64,000 nt of DNA from the human T2T-CHM13v2.0 reference genome, Homo sapiens. Of this stretch, positions 1-15,066 are shown in pieces (the stretch's first letter is position 1; each line of letters opens with the position of its first letter). Under the pieces are notes generated by a model, which ran no database searches, had not been told where the DNA came from, and worked only from the letters and a program-made list of their open reading frames with translations. The DNA lies in the NCBI RefSeq assembly GCF_009914755.1, contig NC_060927.1; one strand, given 5' to 3'. The translations under genes were made by a program, and so were the position numbers.

Positions 1-540
1 ATAAGAGAAAATGAATACCAAGATGGCAGACTCAAACCTAACCTTAACAGCAATCACAGTAAGTGAAAATAGCCTAAACATTCCAATGAAAAGGCAGAGA
101 TTACCAGACTGGATAAAAGCAACACCCAACCCTATCATGCCTACAAGAAATGCAATTTAAATATAAAGACACAAATAGGTTAAAAGTAAACAGATGTAAA
201 CAAGATTACCAGGCTAGCATGCTAACCAAAAGAATGCTGGTTTGACTGTATTAATATTACATAACACAGCTTTTATATCAAAGAATATTACCAGGGATAA
301 TTTCATAATGATAAATATGTCAGTTCATTAAAAGGACAATAATCCTAAACGTTTATGCCCCTAATGACAGAGCTTCAAAATACATGATACAAAAAGTGGT
401 AGAATTGCAAGGAGAGATGGACAAATTCACAATTATAGTTGGAGATTTCAATACCTCTTTCTTAATAATTGATAGAATAAGTAGACAGGAACTCAATGAA
501 GAAACAGAAGACGAACACCACCATCAACTAACTTGACCTA

Positions 541-931
<391 letters not shown>

Positions 932-944
932 TCACATTCTAGGC

Positions 945-1151
945 CAAGCTTGTCCAACCCGCGGCCCAGGAAGGCTTTGAATGCAGCCCAACACAAATTC
1001 GTAAACTTTCTTAAAACATTATGAGTTTTTTTATTTGTTTTTGTCTTTGTTTTTAGCTCATCAGCTATCGTTAGTGTTAGTGTATCTTATGTGTGGCCCA
1101 AGACAATTCTTCCAACGAGGCCCAGGGAAGCCAAACGATTGGACACCCTTG
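945..1151 (-). mobile_element. MER30 hAT-Charlie DNA element with a perfect 8-bp TSD
   Basis: termini CAAGCTTGTCCAA...TTGGACACCCTTG; TTCTAGGC at both 937-944 and 1152-1159. Confidence 0.85.
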
Positions 1152-1914
1152 TTCTAGGCCATTAAGAAAACACCTCTCAAACTTCAAAGGATTCAAGTTA
1201 TACAAAGTATGTTCTAGGTCTACAATGGAATTAAATTAGAAATCAAGAGCAGATCTCTGGAAAATCTCAAAATATTTGAAAACTAAATAACAAATTCAAA
1301 CGTGTGGATCGAAGGGAAATCAAAAGGGGAATCAAAAAGGCATGGGAGGGAGAGCGAGCATTGTGTTCCTAACACAACAGTGTGCTTGCTCAGGCTGGCA
1401 GCTGGTAGTGGTGAGGGAGTAGGACGGGCCCCTGACAAGGCTGGAGGGGACAAAGGTGTACAAAGAGTGTACACTGAGGGCCTGCTACACGTAGGCTCTG
1501 TGCTGCCTCTTCTGCACACGGCGTCTCATTTACTTCCATTAATATTCTATCACATTCTAGTTCCACCAGGGACTAAGGATCCCGGGAGAGTGAGGGGTTG
1601 GTTCTGTTTCTGTGATCCACAACCTAACAACTCTGGCCTGGTCTCAGACACTGCAGCAGGGGTGTATGGGAAGGAGCTGCTGGAGGGGAAGGCTTGCTGT
1701 TTGCATGGGGACCTTGGTGTGCCCACCCTGCACACCCTCGCACTCACTACCTTGATTACAAGCAACATCAAGAGCTCCTTAAGGCAGGTCCCCTGAAGAG
1801 GGCATGTTTAACATAGATTAATGTGCGTTCTTGAAAATGATACTCTTCATTTCTTTAAAACATCTTACTCTGTAGCCTTTTCATTCATTCCAGCTGTTTT
1901 TCATTCATTCCATT

Positions 1915-2142
1915 CACATGAAACATCTAGAATCAGCATATCCACAAAATAGATTAGTGGTCACTGGGGGCAGAGGTTGGGGAGTGACTGCTAATGGGCA
2001 CAGAATTTCTTTTTTGGAGTGATGGAAAGAATCTAAAATTAGACAGTGGTAATGGTGGTACAACTCTGTGAATATACTAAAAACCATTAAACTGTACATT
2101 CCAAGTGCGTGAGTTATATCTCAATAAAGCTGTTTTAAAAAA
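1915..2142 (+). mobile_element. L1M 3' end fragment
   Basis: gactgctaatgggcacag...gtacaactctgtgaatatactaaaaaccatt...ctcaataaagctg. Confidence 0.75.
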
Positions 2143-4324
2143 CAAAGTCAAGGGTCCTTGCTGTCAGCTGATTCCTCCTCTGACTCCCTCTGAAGCCCAC
2201 CCCAACAGGCCATCGACCTCTGGCCAAAGACGGATCCTCTGCCCAGAGAGAGGACAGAGTCTGGATCCAATTCTCCACTTTGTCCCTGGGCCTCAGGCCA
2301 GCGGTGTGTACACTGGTAACCTGGTTCATAATTTCTTTCATCAAGTGCCTCCCCTAGATTCACACTCTCCAATCTCAGTGTCGAGTCTATGACTATAATG
2401 GAGGAAGTGGGTCTGGAGAGAGGGTGGCACAGGGTGGAGAGTGTCTGACAGGTGCCCCTAGAAACGGGGCTGGCCTTCTGCTGTGCTATTCCATCCACCT
2501 GGATGCTTCTCCTCAAGCCCACAGGTCCCTCGCCTCACCTCACAATGCTGCTTCTGGTTTCCTCCACTGTGGTCTTCATCATCGCCCAGGGGTCTCCTTT
2601 CCTCATCTCTGTTCCCCAGGCTGGGCTAGGCATCCTTCCCAGGGGTACCCACAGTGCCCACCCACCCCTGTCATGAAACCACCTGGAATCACAAATGTCT
2701 ATTTATTAGAGTCTCTCTCTGATTACACAGTGAGCTCCTCAACGGGAGATCCCATGTTATCCCTTCATCTTTCTATCCCCCGTGGGCCCTACAGAGTCCA
2801 GTATACAGGACACACTCAATAAATGGTTGCAAATACACAGCATAATTCCTTGTGTCTATACCTCCGTAATCATGAAGTCTGAGTGCTGCAATTTGCACTG
2901 CATCTGTCATTTCCTCTAAGGCCCAGGCTGGTCAGGAGTGCACTCGGGGAGTCCCCGGGATAGATATTGAGGGCACATGTCTGGAAACAGGCTACCCTGG
3001 CCATGGTCTCTTTGGGGGACCTCAGGCAGAGATAACAGCCACCCCCATCTGTGGTTGGTGACAGTGGCCTGTGAAGGCAGAGGAGCACCTAAGCATCCTG
3101 TACACGGGCCCCTTCTGCCCCCTGGTGTCACTGTGGGGAAAGGCAGTGGGGCCCCCTGGAAGCTAGAGGAGGAAGGCTCAGTAGGTCCCCAAGTTCCTGA
3201 TTCCTGGTAGAGCCACACAGGAACCCCAGGCTGCTGAGGACTCGGTGGGTAGGGACTGAGCAAGGGGAGAGGCCCACAGCCCAGCCACATATGGGCAGGC
3301 AAAACAGCAAAGGCCTGGATCCCTGATTTCGTCCCTTCCCTCCCTGCCACAAACACTCACGGTGTCTGATCTGGGTGGATTCAGGGCTGGGGGCCTGGTG
3401 GGTCTGGGGAACGTGATGGTGAGTGGCAAGGGCAGCTCTTGGCAGTGCTGCCGTTTGTTAGTGTGGAGCTGACAGGCATGTTGGCCGCACCAGGACCTCC
3501 TGGGTGGGGGCTCAGAACTGCTCAAGAAGGAAGGGCTCCAGAGGTAGGTAGGAGGAGCTGGCTACAAGCCCCAAAAGAATAAGATGGGCAGAGCGGTTTT
3601 AAATAAGACAGAATATGAGATTCCAATAAACAAGGCCAACCCAAGGGAGTAGAGTTACATTTTGAGAGTGAGTTTGAAAAGCAGAGAAATGACAAAAGCG
3701 ATCCCTGCATTGAGCAGATTCCAACAGGGCAGGATGGCAGGAGAGCAAACCCAAACGGGTACGTGTTCCTCTATGGGATGCCAGCGCCACAGCAGGAACT
3801 GCTGTGTGGCCCAATGTGTCTCCTAGCTGGGCTCTCCTGCTCTGGGCCCTCCTCATCCCTCAGCCTCAAGCCCCTCGAGGGCACCCAGTGGACCAAACAC
3901 ACAAGGGACTATTAGATGTTTCTGCAAAGACTTCACAGAACTCTTGTTTCACATGACTTCAGCTAGCTTTTCCCTATCTTGATCCTTGCAATTCTTGCAA
4001 AATGGAGATTTCTGCAGTCATATTCCCAGACTAGGATCCATTTTCAGCTCCAGTCCAGCAGGCCCAACGGCTTTTACCATTTCTTTCACTCAGAATGATT
4101 CAAATGGAACTTGTGTTTCCATGCAAACCATCTCTCCCTCCCATATCCCTCTACACCCTTTCTCTGCAGAGATGCAGGCATCAAATTCAGACCTCAGGCA
4201 TGGGTCTCCCTTCTCCTTGCCCCATACTGAATCAGCCACCCATGGAGCCCTGCCCAACCTCTGTCCCTGTGGTCTGGATTCCACCTCATCCTTTCCACTT
4301 TGGCTTCAACCCCCTGATCTACAC

Positions 4325-4420
4325 CAGTGGTTCTCAACCTTGGCTGCTCATTGGAATCACTTGGAGATGTCTGGATCCCACCCCTAGAGACTCTAATTTG
4401 CAGCCAAGGTTGAGAACAAC
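4325..4420. mobile_element. MER5-family DNA element (short)
   Basis: cagtggttctcaac...gttgagaac inverted termini. Confidence 0.6.
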
Positions 4421-4683
4421 AGTCCGGGCACTGTCAACATTCCATGCCTAGAATGTCTTAGGAATTTATAAACTGGTACCTGCCACCAAGATTTCAAGCT
4501 CGACCACCCAAGTGACATTGGGGTTGTCTCTACTGACACCTTTCCGGGTTGAGATGCACCCTAAGCTAAAAACTAGAGGAAGAGAGGTCACCACCTCCCA
4601 AGGTGATCCATTCCTGCTTTGCACAGCTCTATTAGAAAATGATCCTTAAATTGAGTCATACGTCTGTATTCCTCTTTCACCTA

Positions 4684-5310
<627 letters not shown>

Positions 5311-7589
5311 TTATGGGATGGGCAGCTCACTCCAACAAATGCTTCCTGAGCGCTAACTACATGCCTGGCATAGGTCTAGGCACGGAGGAGACAGCAGTAA
5401 AAAATACAGATGACACCTTTGCCTGTGTGGAGGTTAAAGCCCATGGGAACTAAGGAACTGAGGATGGCCTGACCTGCTCCACGGCCCTCATGGACAGGAA
5501 GCAAGTGCCGAGGCACAGCTTTTTGCTGCTCTCCTGAAGATGCCCTGCTGCTCAGCCATCTGTTTTTTCTCTGCCATTTCTCCTTCCAGTTCCCTGCCTC
5601 GCCCTTTCACCTAATTAGTACAAGCCTCCCAGCCTTCTGATATAGTCCATCTTCTCAGCTGCATCTGGCGTCCATTGTAAGATTCCACATGGACACCCTG
5701 ACCTTTCCTCAAATGCCAACATCCCATACTCTTTATAATGCAAGGGTGGTGCAAGTAATACAACGGTTTTGGGGAGAAAAGCTTGTTCTTACTCTCCCTG
5801 GGTAGATAAAAGCTTCTTCAAGAAGTTTATAAGGTTCATTGACAGTGAGTTCCTCTGTTTTTGGGGTTCTGTGCTGGACCCAGAGTGTGACGTGAAGAAT
5901 GTGAGGTTAGGGGCCAAGGGACCTGCCTCACTGCATCCCTGCTGCATAAGCCTCAGTTTCTTCATCTGCCAAACAAGGACAACCACACCTGCCTCAGGAC
6001 TGCTGCAAGGACTAGATTACAAGATGAACCCAGGGAGCTTGCTCCTCAGGGCCCCTTCCAGGCCGAGTGGCACCACTCCTACACTGTGCAACTCTGGAGG
6101 CAGCTAGGTTAGCTCATGATCATGGAGACAGAGCCTCCAGTGCAGAGCTGCAACTTAGGAGCAGTGTGGCCTTGGGTGAGTCACTCACTCACTTTGAACC
6201 TCGGTTTCTCAACTGTGAAATGGGAAGGTGGCGGCCATCATAGGCCACGCCCTGTGCTCAACAATTTTGCATGTTACTGCAATGGCTCCTTGAGGAAGGC
6301 ATGACTGTTGCCATTCTACAAAAGAGGAAACTAAGATTCTAAAAGATTGAGAAATTCAATCCAGGCTCACACAGGTCTGAGGCAAAGCCATCATCTTCCT
6401 ACCATACCAAACTGCCTTTTGTGGAGAAAATGTATTACTATCCCCTTTAACACAGGGGAGGGAATTAACTTCAAAGAGGTTAGGTAACTTGCCCAACACT
6501 GCGCAGCAAGTGGTGGTGCTGAGCGTTCATCTGCCTCCAAAGCTGTGGAGATGAATGGACAGACTCCCCAAAGCTAATGAGAACGGTAAGAAATGATTAA
6601 AAAACCAGGATGCTTTAAAGAACAGCTCCAATACTCACCTTTGTGAGAATTCAATTCAATGCGATACTTCTCCATGTGTTAAATTTTATTTCTAATTAAG
6701 AACCCTCGACCAACATTTACAATTTTCAAGAATCTGAGGGCAGGTTTGGGGGGTCCATTCTGGAACAGACATCTTTCTTGTAATGTGGAAATCTTACCAT
6801 ATTACCATGTAAAAAGTCACTTACCCTGACATAATGCCCCATTAATACATTAATGCTGGAGCATTTTATAATTTTATGCTCCAGAATTCTCCCCTGGCAC
6901 CCAGGTATTTGGATTGTGCCTCAATCATCTAGTCTAGACATCATCTAGACATCATCTATTCAGTGACAAGGACAATACTCAGCCTCTCCAAAGCAGATCT
7001 TAACAAAAACAAATCAAAGGTTTGCTCAAATATAATATAATCTTAAGATGCCTATTGTCTATAAGGCTCATGTCACAGATGTGAATTCCACTGAGTGACC
7101 TAAGAAATTTCAGTTTACATGAGTCAAGGGGTACCAACACATTTGCAGTGTTCTGAGATAATCCCAACCTTTAACATGTTTTCAGATGCTCTCATGATGT
7201 TGTTGCTAATCCTTAGCTTGCTGTCACTCTCTTTGAAAGAGGCAGAAAAAAATAACTTTCAAGGTGTTGTCATTCTCCTTGCATTTTATTCCCATGTCCA
7301 GCCGACCTATTCTCCATACTGTCTTATTCTCCTCAAAGACCTGCCTTGGATCTGTGTGGTCTAGTTATTTCTAAATCTCATAACTTTCCTCATTCCTTTA
7401 CTTGAGGGTAGGTTTTTTACCAGTTTTATTATAAATGATTTCAAACATTTCCCTGTTCTTTCCCATTAAATGCCACTAAAAAAACTGAAAATGATTCAGC
7501 AGTTGTAGTAAAAGTGAAGGGCAGGAGAAGGAAGGCGGACTGATTAAGGACCCCCAGAATATGAGGAAAATCACAACAGCTTAGCGTCT

Positions 7590-8632
7590 CTGAGCCCCCC
7601 ACCTACACATAATAAAAAACCACTCGTTATCCTAAGAGCCAGGAAAATCACAGTGTGCATGAGGAAAGACAATCAACAGAAGCCGACACTGACATCAACC
7701 AGATGCTGGAGTTATCTGTCAAGGCTTTTAAAGCAGCCATCAAAAAAAATGCTTCAGTAACAATTTTAAATGTTCTTGAAACAATAAAACAGTGGAAAAC
7801 TCATACCAAAGAAACAGAAGATATAAAAAAGTACCAAATGGAAATTTTAGAACTAAATAATTACAATAACCAAAATAAAAAAAAAATCACTGGACACTCA
7901 ATAGCTGAATAAAGATGACAGTTATACTTGAAGAGAGAAAAACAGAAATTCCTCAATCTGAACAACACAGGGAAAAGAGAATTGGGGGACAGGGTGCAAG
8001 GAAAAAGAACAGAGCCTGAGGAATCTACAAGGCAAGGACAAAAGATCTCACATTTGTATCACTGGAGTCCCAAATGGAGAGGGAAAATAGAGTGCATCTG
8101 AAAAAATGTTCAAAGAAATGATGGTTATAAACTTCCCAAATATGATGACAGATAAGCCTAGAGATTTAAGAGCTGAGTGTACCCCAAATAGGAAAAACCC
8201 AAAGAAATTCATGCCAAGACCCATCATAATTAAACGTCTAAGAACAAAAGACAAAGAAAAAACTTGAAAGCAGGCAGAGAGGAATAACTTATTATCTATG
8301 GGGGAATACCAATTTGAATGCCAGGGGATTTCTCATCTAAAACCATGGAGGCCAGAGGGAAGTAGCAGCACACATATTTCAAATGCTGAAAGAAAAGAAC
8401 TTTCAATTCTATATCTGGCAAACATCCTTTAGATATTCTGTCAAATCCAGCAGTGTGTGAAAAGAATTATATACCACAGCCAGTGGGATTTATCCCAGGT
8501 ATGCAAGGCTGGTTTGATATATGAAAGTCAATCAATGCAATCCATCATATCAACAGGCTAAGGAAGAAAAAGCCTATGATCTTATCAATTGATGTAGAAA
8601 AAAGATCTGGCAAAATTCAACAGCCATTCACG
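7590..8632 (+). mobile_element. Old L1 fragment (degenerate ORF1 region plus a piece of ORF2)
   Basis: ORF1-like text (tggaaattttagaactaaa, ggagtcccaaatggagag, aaaaccatggaggccagag) and the ORF2 motif tgggatttatcccaggtatgcaaggctggttt. Confidence 0.75.
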
Positions 8633-8989
8633 ACCACCCAAGTTCTCTGTTACTATTTCTAATTGTCACTGCTGTGAGTAGCATGCAAGGGACATTTTGG
8701 TAGCTTTATCTTTGCACCTCCAGTCATTATTTCCTCAGGATAAATTCCCAGACACAGGCCCATTGCATCAAAGAGAAAATGCAATTCTTGAACTTTTGGT
8801 ACATTCTGCAGCCAAGTTGCTCTCCAGAAAGGGTGGCCCTGACACTTCATACTCCCCCAGCATCAACAGCTTGTGAGTGGGCTAGCTATTTAATTCTTCC
8901 TGCTTGGTCTGCCCCATAATTCAATATAGTGTTTGTCCAAGTGTGGTCCAAGGTCACCTGAGGACTGGTGGAATAGATTATTCTCTCAC

Positions 8990-9772
8990 GACCACATCTA
9001 AACCTTCAGGAAATTCTGTCTGCACCACCTTCAAAATAGGTCCAGAATTTGCCCTGGTCTCTGCCCTCTCTGCCAACACTTGGTCCAAGGAACAAGGATT
9101 CCTCTAATACCCTCCCAACTGGTCTCCCCACTTTGGCTCTCATCCTCCATCATCTATTCTCTACATGGCAATCAGAACAATCCTTTTTCAACTGTAAATT
9201 AGATTAAGTCACTCTTAATGCTACACACCTCATTTTGGGGGTCCCATTTCCCTCAGATTCAAAGTCAAAGTCCTTACAATGGCCAACAAGGCCCTATGTG
9301 CTGGGACCCTCATTTCCACTCTGACTCCACCTCCTGGTTCTCTCTGCTGCAGGCACGCTGGCCCTTTTCTCAGCCCCTGAACATGTCAGGCATTGTCCTG
9401 TCTCAGGGCCTTTGTGCTGCCTGTTCCCTCTGCCTGAAATGCTATACCCGCAGATAGATGCCTGGCAACTCCTTCACCTCCTTCAAGTCTTATCTTCTTA
9501 CTGTCACTTTATTTAAAATGGCAAATTCCCCTTCCCTGTTATCCTACTTTATCTTTTTCCATAGCAAGCACTACCTTGTAACATTTATACAATATTGACT
9601 TATTTAATTATGTTTATAGCGTATCATCTGTCAACCCCTGCTGGAATATAAGCTTGATGAGGGCGAGGGGTCAGCCTTTCTTGGTTTTGTTTACTGACAT
9701 GCTCTAAGCACCTAAAATAGTACCTGGCACATTGTGATAATTAATAAATATCTGTGAATGAGTGACTGAATC
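8990..9772 (+). mobile_element. L2 LINE 3' fragment
   Basis: tcagggcctttgtgctgcctgttccctctgcctgaaatgct ... cctggcacatt...aataaatatctgtgaatgagtgactgaat. Confidence 0.75.
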
Positions 9773-10329
9773 TATTTAATGACAATTATGCAGCCACTGG
9801 ACACAACACTGGAGAACTCGATGATATGGGAAAATACTCATGCTATAGGAAGTTTTAAAAGACTGCAAAATAAGATTTAGAATATTTGTTTGTGTCAAAA
9901 ATTATATGCATATATGTGTATAAAAAAGACTGGAAGGCTATATGCCAAAATGTTTTGCTTATCTCTATTTTCCTAATTTTTTACAATGAAAGTGTACTGC
10001 TCATACAATAAAAAAATTAACAAAGTTATTTTGAAAAAAGAACATGAGGTGTGGGAGGAATATTATAAAGGGGCAACTTCCTAGGGTGAGGGAACTGTTC
10101 TATATCTTAATTGCGGTAGTGATCACACTGTATAATTAATGAAAATTCAAGCACTGTATACTTGCTTGAATCTTAATGTATATAAGCTATGCCTGAAAAA
10201 AAAGAATAAACGAAGCCCCACTGGTATTAAGTTAGAGCCCCCGAGGTGGTCCCCAGCGCCGGCACTGGAGAGGCCAGTGCTCCTCCCAACGCCACACCTG
10301 GGGAGGGCCCAGGCAGCAGTTGCCACTTA

Positions 10330-10434
<105 letters not shown>

Positions 10435-12078
10435 TCACAAATGAGAACACAGTCATTTAGCTATCAACACACAGGGTCTCACATCCTGGGGTCCGCAGTC
10501 TTGGAGTCACAGGCAGCCAAATCCAGATGCATGGGGGATCCTTTAATCATAGAGGCCATGACAGAGACCCTGGCAGATTTTGTGGGTAGAGGGAGGGCTG
10601 CAGGGGCCAGGGCCAAGCAGGTGGACAAGGAGAAGACAATAGGGCTACAGCAGTTTCCCTGGAGCAGCTGTAGGGAAGATACCTCCTGCTATAGGAAGGG
10701 TGAGCAGAAACACAAATCAACCACTCTCCTAGCCCACGCCAGCAGAGCTGTTGCCACAGGACCAAGGTACCAGCACCACTGGGTCCTGCCTTCTCAGTGC
10801 CAGTGCACAACTAGAGAAGCCTCTGGCCTATCCCTGGGGCACAAGAACAGGCACCCAGGGGAGATTTTTAACACCTTCTGAATTACGGATCCTTAGAACA
10901 TTTTGGCAAATTGAAGTCCCTGCACTTCACTGATGGGGACACAGAGGCCCAGGCAGTTCCTCAGAGGCAGAACTGGAGCCAGAACTAGATACCCTGACTG
11001 CAACTTAGTGTTTTCCCTGTGGGGTTCCAGGTCCAGCTCAGCCAGGGACTTATACAATCTCAGGTGCCTCAGAGCCCAACCAGCTCCACTCCCCAGTTCT
11101 GCCAAAGAGGAAACCTAGGTCCAGAAAAGAAAAAATGGCTTTGCCCTCATGTGAAGGCATCAATGAGGAAGATCTCCCATGCAGTGTGGCTTCTTTCTAA
11201 ATTGCTGAAACAATCTGTGCTCTTCCAGGAGCTGAATGCCACCAGCCCTGAGCAAGTGGGGCTCCCTCTAGCTGGAGGTCTCTGTGGCCCCCAAGGGCAG
11301 GGGACATGGTATGACTGTAGTGGGGTCCATTGTGGTTCCAGCTTCAGCACTGTGACTGTGTGACTCACGGTGAGCTCTTTCCTCCTGAGACCCCAGTTTT
11401 CCTTCTCTAAATGGAAGCAAATGTAACCAGATGGACTCTGGGTTCTGATGGCTTGAAAAGGCTGTAAGTTTTAAAGGACTCAGAGATAGCATTGTGTGAG
11501 CCCACTGGCTCAGAAAGAAGTGGGCTTGCTCTGGTCAGCAGCTTCCTGCCCACAGCCTCCGCTGCTCTTCTCAGGGAAGGTGCAGGAAGAACGCAGGCTG
11601 CAGCACCTGCTGCCACCAGGGGCATGTCTTGTCACTCTGGCATTTCTTTTTCTTCCTGGCCCCAACCCCCTCTCTGTCTTCCTCCTTGCCTAACACCTCC
11701 TTCTTTTTGCTTTCCAGCCGCTGGTTTCCAGGCCCGCACCCTCACCTCGGGACAAACAGAAACAGGGAACATCAGTGCAAGAAGCTGCTCAAGGAGCCAG
11801 CTTGTGCGGCCACCCACTTGACAGCAGGGAAGCACAAGTCCAGAGGAGACAGGCCAGGGTCACTCAGGCCTGCTTTTGTTTGCTTTCATCCTTGTCCAAG
11901 GCGTAAATACCATAAATGAGATAAAGAAATAACACAGAATGAGAGAGACACTGAAAGCTGTACTTGGTTCTCCCAATTTTCCCGCATTCAGGATAAAAGA
12001 TGTCCTAATCTATAATTTCCTCTCTTCCTCCATCACCCTCCTCCCTGACCACAGTGATGACAGACAACGCCTGATTAC

Positions 12079-12138
12079 CTGCAAGCAGATGATTCACAGA
12101 GCAGGTTTCCCAGACCCTTGCTGGCCCCGACAGACGCC
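12079..12138 (-). CDS. FYCO1: Putative alternative 60-nt FYCO1 cassette exon (adds ASVGASKGLGNLLCESSACR)
   Basis: pyrimidine-rich tract cccacctatcccattcctacctcactcatgcag|, donor CAG|gtaatc, exactly 60 nt, stop-free in the phase-2 frame of intron 14. Confidence 0.65.
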
Positions 12139-12359
12139 CTGCATGAGTGAGGTAGGAATGGGATAGGTGGGTGATGCAGTCTCAAAGGTGACAATTAGGG
12201 CAGAGGGCTTTCTTTTCAATAGGTTTTCAAACTGTAGGTCATGACCCATTTAGTGGGCTGTGAATCAGTTTAGGAGGTTATGACCAACATTAAAAGAGAA
12301 ATAGAATAAAACAGAAAATACAATAGTATATTGCATGTTGTGAGGATAAGTATTTATGA

Positions 12360-12674
<315 letters not shown>

Positions 12675-13669
12675 TCGAGGCTCTTGTTTTGACCATATGT
12701 ATACACACATGCAAACTAGGTAGCCGTGCAAAATGTATTTCTTACCATGAGATGTTGTAGGAAATGTTCAAGCAACTCAGAGGATGTCAAGGGATGTAAG
12801 AGCTTGAGAAAGGACAGCAACCAAAGCATGACCACTAGAGGGCACCCCACCTCCTACTACAGCTGCTTCCTTTCCTTGCTATTGAGGCAGCCTCAGCAAA
12901 GATACCAGATACTCACTGCCCACGCGGCTTTCCTCCTCCCCTTGCTCTGGTCATGGCAGCCTACTGCTAGCTTGGCTGATGGCATGCCACCCTTTCCTTC
13001 CGAGTTTCTGTCTGCAGCCTGTGGTCAGTTGAGTGAATATCTCTTGAGCACATGTTCTAGTCCGTCAACTTGTCTGTCCCTTTGTGGGTGCCATCCTGGC
13101 ATTCCTGGGCAGCCTGCTGTGCACACAGCCCATGCCCAGTGAATATCTACATTATTTGTCTCAGGGTAAGGTTTTCTTCTGTCCCAAATGCTCCCAAAGG
13201 AGGACATACCCAAGGCTCCACATTAGAAGCGAGTCAGAATAAAGTGGTGAGCACAAATCAGGCAGCCCCTGGCACTGTAGTCCTGGAGTCCACACCTCTC
13301 TGAGTCATGGTGGAGCCCCTTCAGCTTGGTGTCTACAAATGGGAGTCTATAGTCCTTCCCTGTCACGACTCAAATGGCCTCAGCCTGTTTGTTATGTAAT
13401 TACTGCACAACTTTAATCCTGCAGACTGCCTGCAGTACAGATCTGCTTGTTTAGAAACTAGCTGAGGGAGGAACAGATGCCTGGAAAATCCCTATGGCCC
13501 AAGGTGCCTTGCTGCCAATCTTCCCCAGAGGGTGCCATCTCCCCTCAGCCTCGCTAAGCCCCGCAGAGTGAGAAGTGTTGTTTTCCTGATTACACAGGCT
13601 CCCATCGTCCCTCTGGTCAGCCTCCATTTGTGAACAGTCTCCTGTGAAATGGAGATGTCTTCAGTTTAG

Positions 13670-13890
13670 AACTGCACTCTTCAATACAGTAGCCACTAGC
13701 CATATGTGGCTATATAAACTTAAATTCATCAGATAAATTTAACTAAAAATGTGGCTGCCTGGTGGCATTAGCCACATTTCAAGTGCTCAATTCAAGTGGC
13801 ACTAGCCACCTGGACTGGTGGCCACTGTGTTGGGCAGTGCAGGTACAGCACAGGTCTCTCACAGCAGAAGGCTCCACTGACCAGTGCAGG
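13670..13890. mobile_element. MER3-like hAT DNA element
   Basis: gtagccactagccatatgtggcta ... tagccacatttcaagtgctcaa. Confidence 0.65.
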
Positions 13891-14030
13891 TTTGGAAGGT
13901 TGGGCTGAACCACACCACACACATCATATTCACTCTGTGATCTGGGGGCATCTTTAAATTTTGCTATCAAATTATTATTATTGTATTAACTTGATTTTAC
14001 TTTGCTAATCCATTGCTTATAAATTCCTAG

Positions 14031-14737
14031 TGTTAGAGTAGGTAGCTAGGCAGACATGAGCAGGGCAGGAGAGGGCCCCCCTCCCCCAGGAATGTCAGGT
14101 GACCATCAAGTAATGGTCAGGCAATTGTTAAGCTGTCTCTCTAAAATAACTGGTTGCAGCCAGAGCCAGAGAAAGAGTCTCCCAATAGATAGAAAACATC
14201 TGAAGCTGGTAATCAGCAGCTTCCTGACAAGATCTCAGGAGTTGGGCGAGTGGGCTCAAGCACGCACACTAAGAGGCAAAATGGCAGTTTAACCGGTATG
14301 TGACCTTCCTCTAGAAACGACTGATAAGGGAAAAACACCTCAAATGAGCATGCATACACCTCCAGTAAACAGTCTGAGCATGCAGCTCCTCCCAAGTGCT
14401 GGCAAGCCACCATGCCTGCGGACAGCCTGCTCCAAGGGAAGAGTCGGGGGAGAAGAAACATAAACCCTGGAACCATGCCAATGTATAAAACCTCAAGTCA
14501 AGGGCCGGATGGGGCACTTGGATCTCTCAGGTCACCTGCTTGGCTCTCTTCCAAGTATACTTTACTTCCATTTGTTCCTGCTCTAAAACTTTTTAATAAA
14601 CCTTCACTCCTGCTCTAAAACTTGCCTCAGTCTCTCCCTCTGCCTTAAGCCTACTTCTGCCCCTCGGCCAAATTCTTTCCTCCAAGGAGGCAAGACTTGA
14701 GTTGCTGCAGACCCATATGGATTTGCTGCTGCTAACA
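14031..14737 (+). mobile_element. ERV1-class LTR (MER50-like, ~707 bp), followed by a PBS-like sequence and a short internal remnant to ~14960
   Basis: TGTTAG...CTAACA inverted termini, TATAAAA at ~14484, AATAAA at ~14595, TGGTGCC just downstream; family name from memory. Confidence 0.75.
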
Positions 14738-14964
14738 TACTTTGGTGCCACATGACTCAGACACATTCCCTAGTGGTAAGACACTCCTACAACTCACCTT
14801 CTTCCGCTGGAGGTAGTCAACCCCTGTACGCGGTTTCCTTCTCCTGCTCTCCTGCTTATAGAACAATTGTTCCTCCAGAACAATTCCTCTCAGCCATAGT
14901 GGCTCTGCTCCCACCAGATGATCTCTCAGCTCATCCTGGTGACTTGCAGGGGTACAGGTCTGCC

Positions 14965-15066
14965 GGCTATGTTGCCCAGGCTGGCCTCAAACTCCTGGCT
15001 TCAATGATCCTCTCATCTTAGCCTCTTGAGTACTGGGACTATAAGTGCCCACTGCCACGCCTGGCT
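14965..15066 (-). mobile_element. Alu monomer (FLAM/FRAM-like) fragment
   Basis: tgttgcccaggctggcctcaaactcctggc...ccacgcctggc. Confidence 0.75.

Noticed and set aside
6639-6759. Consensus minus-strand donor AAG|GTGAGTAT at 6639 in FYCO1 intron 15 (possible cryptic or poison exon)
   Set aside because: The nearest acceptors give 95 or 121 nt (frameshifting) with modest pyrimidine tracts; no further support from sequence alone.
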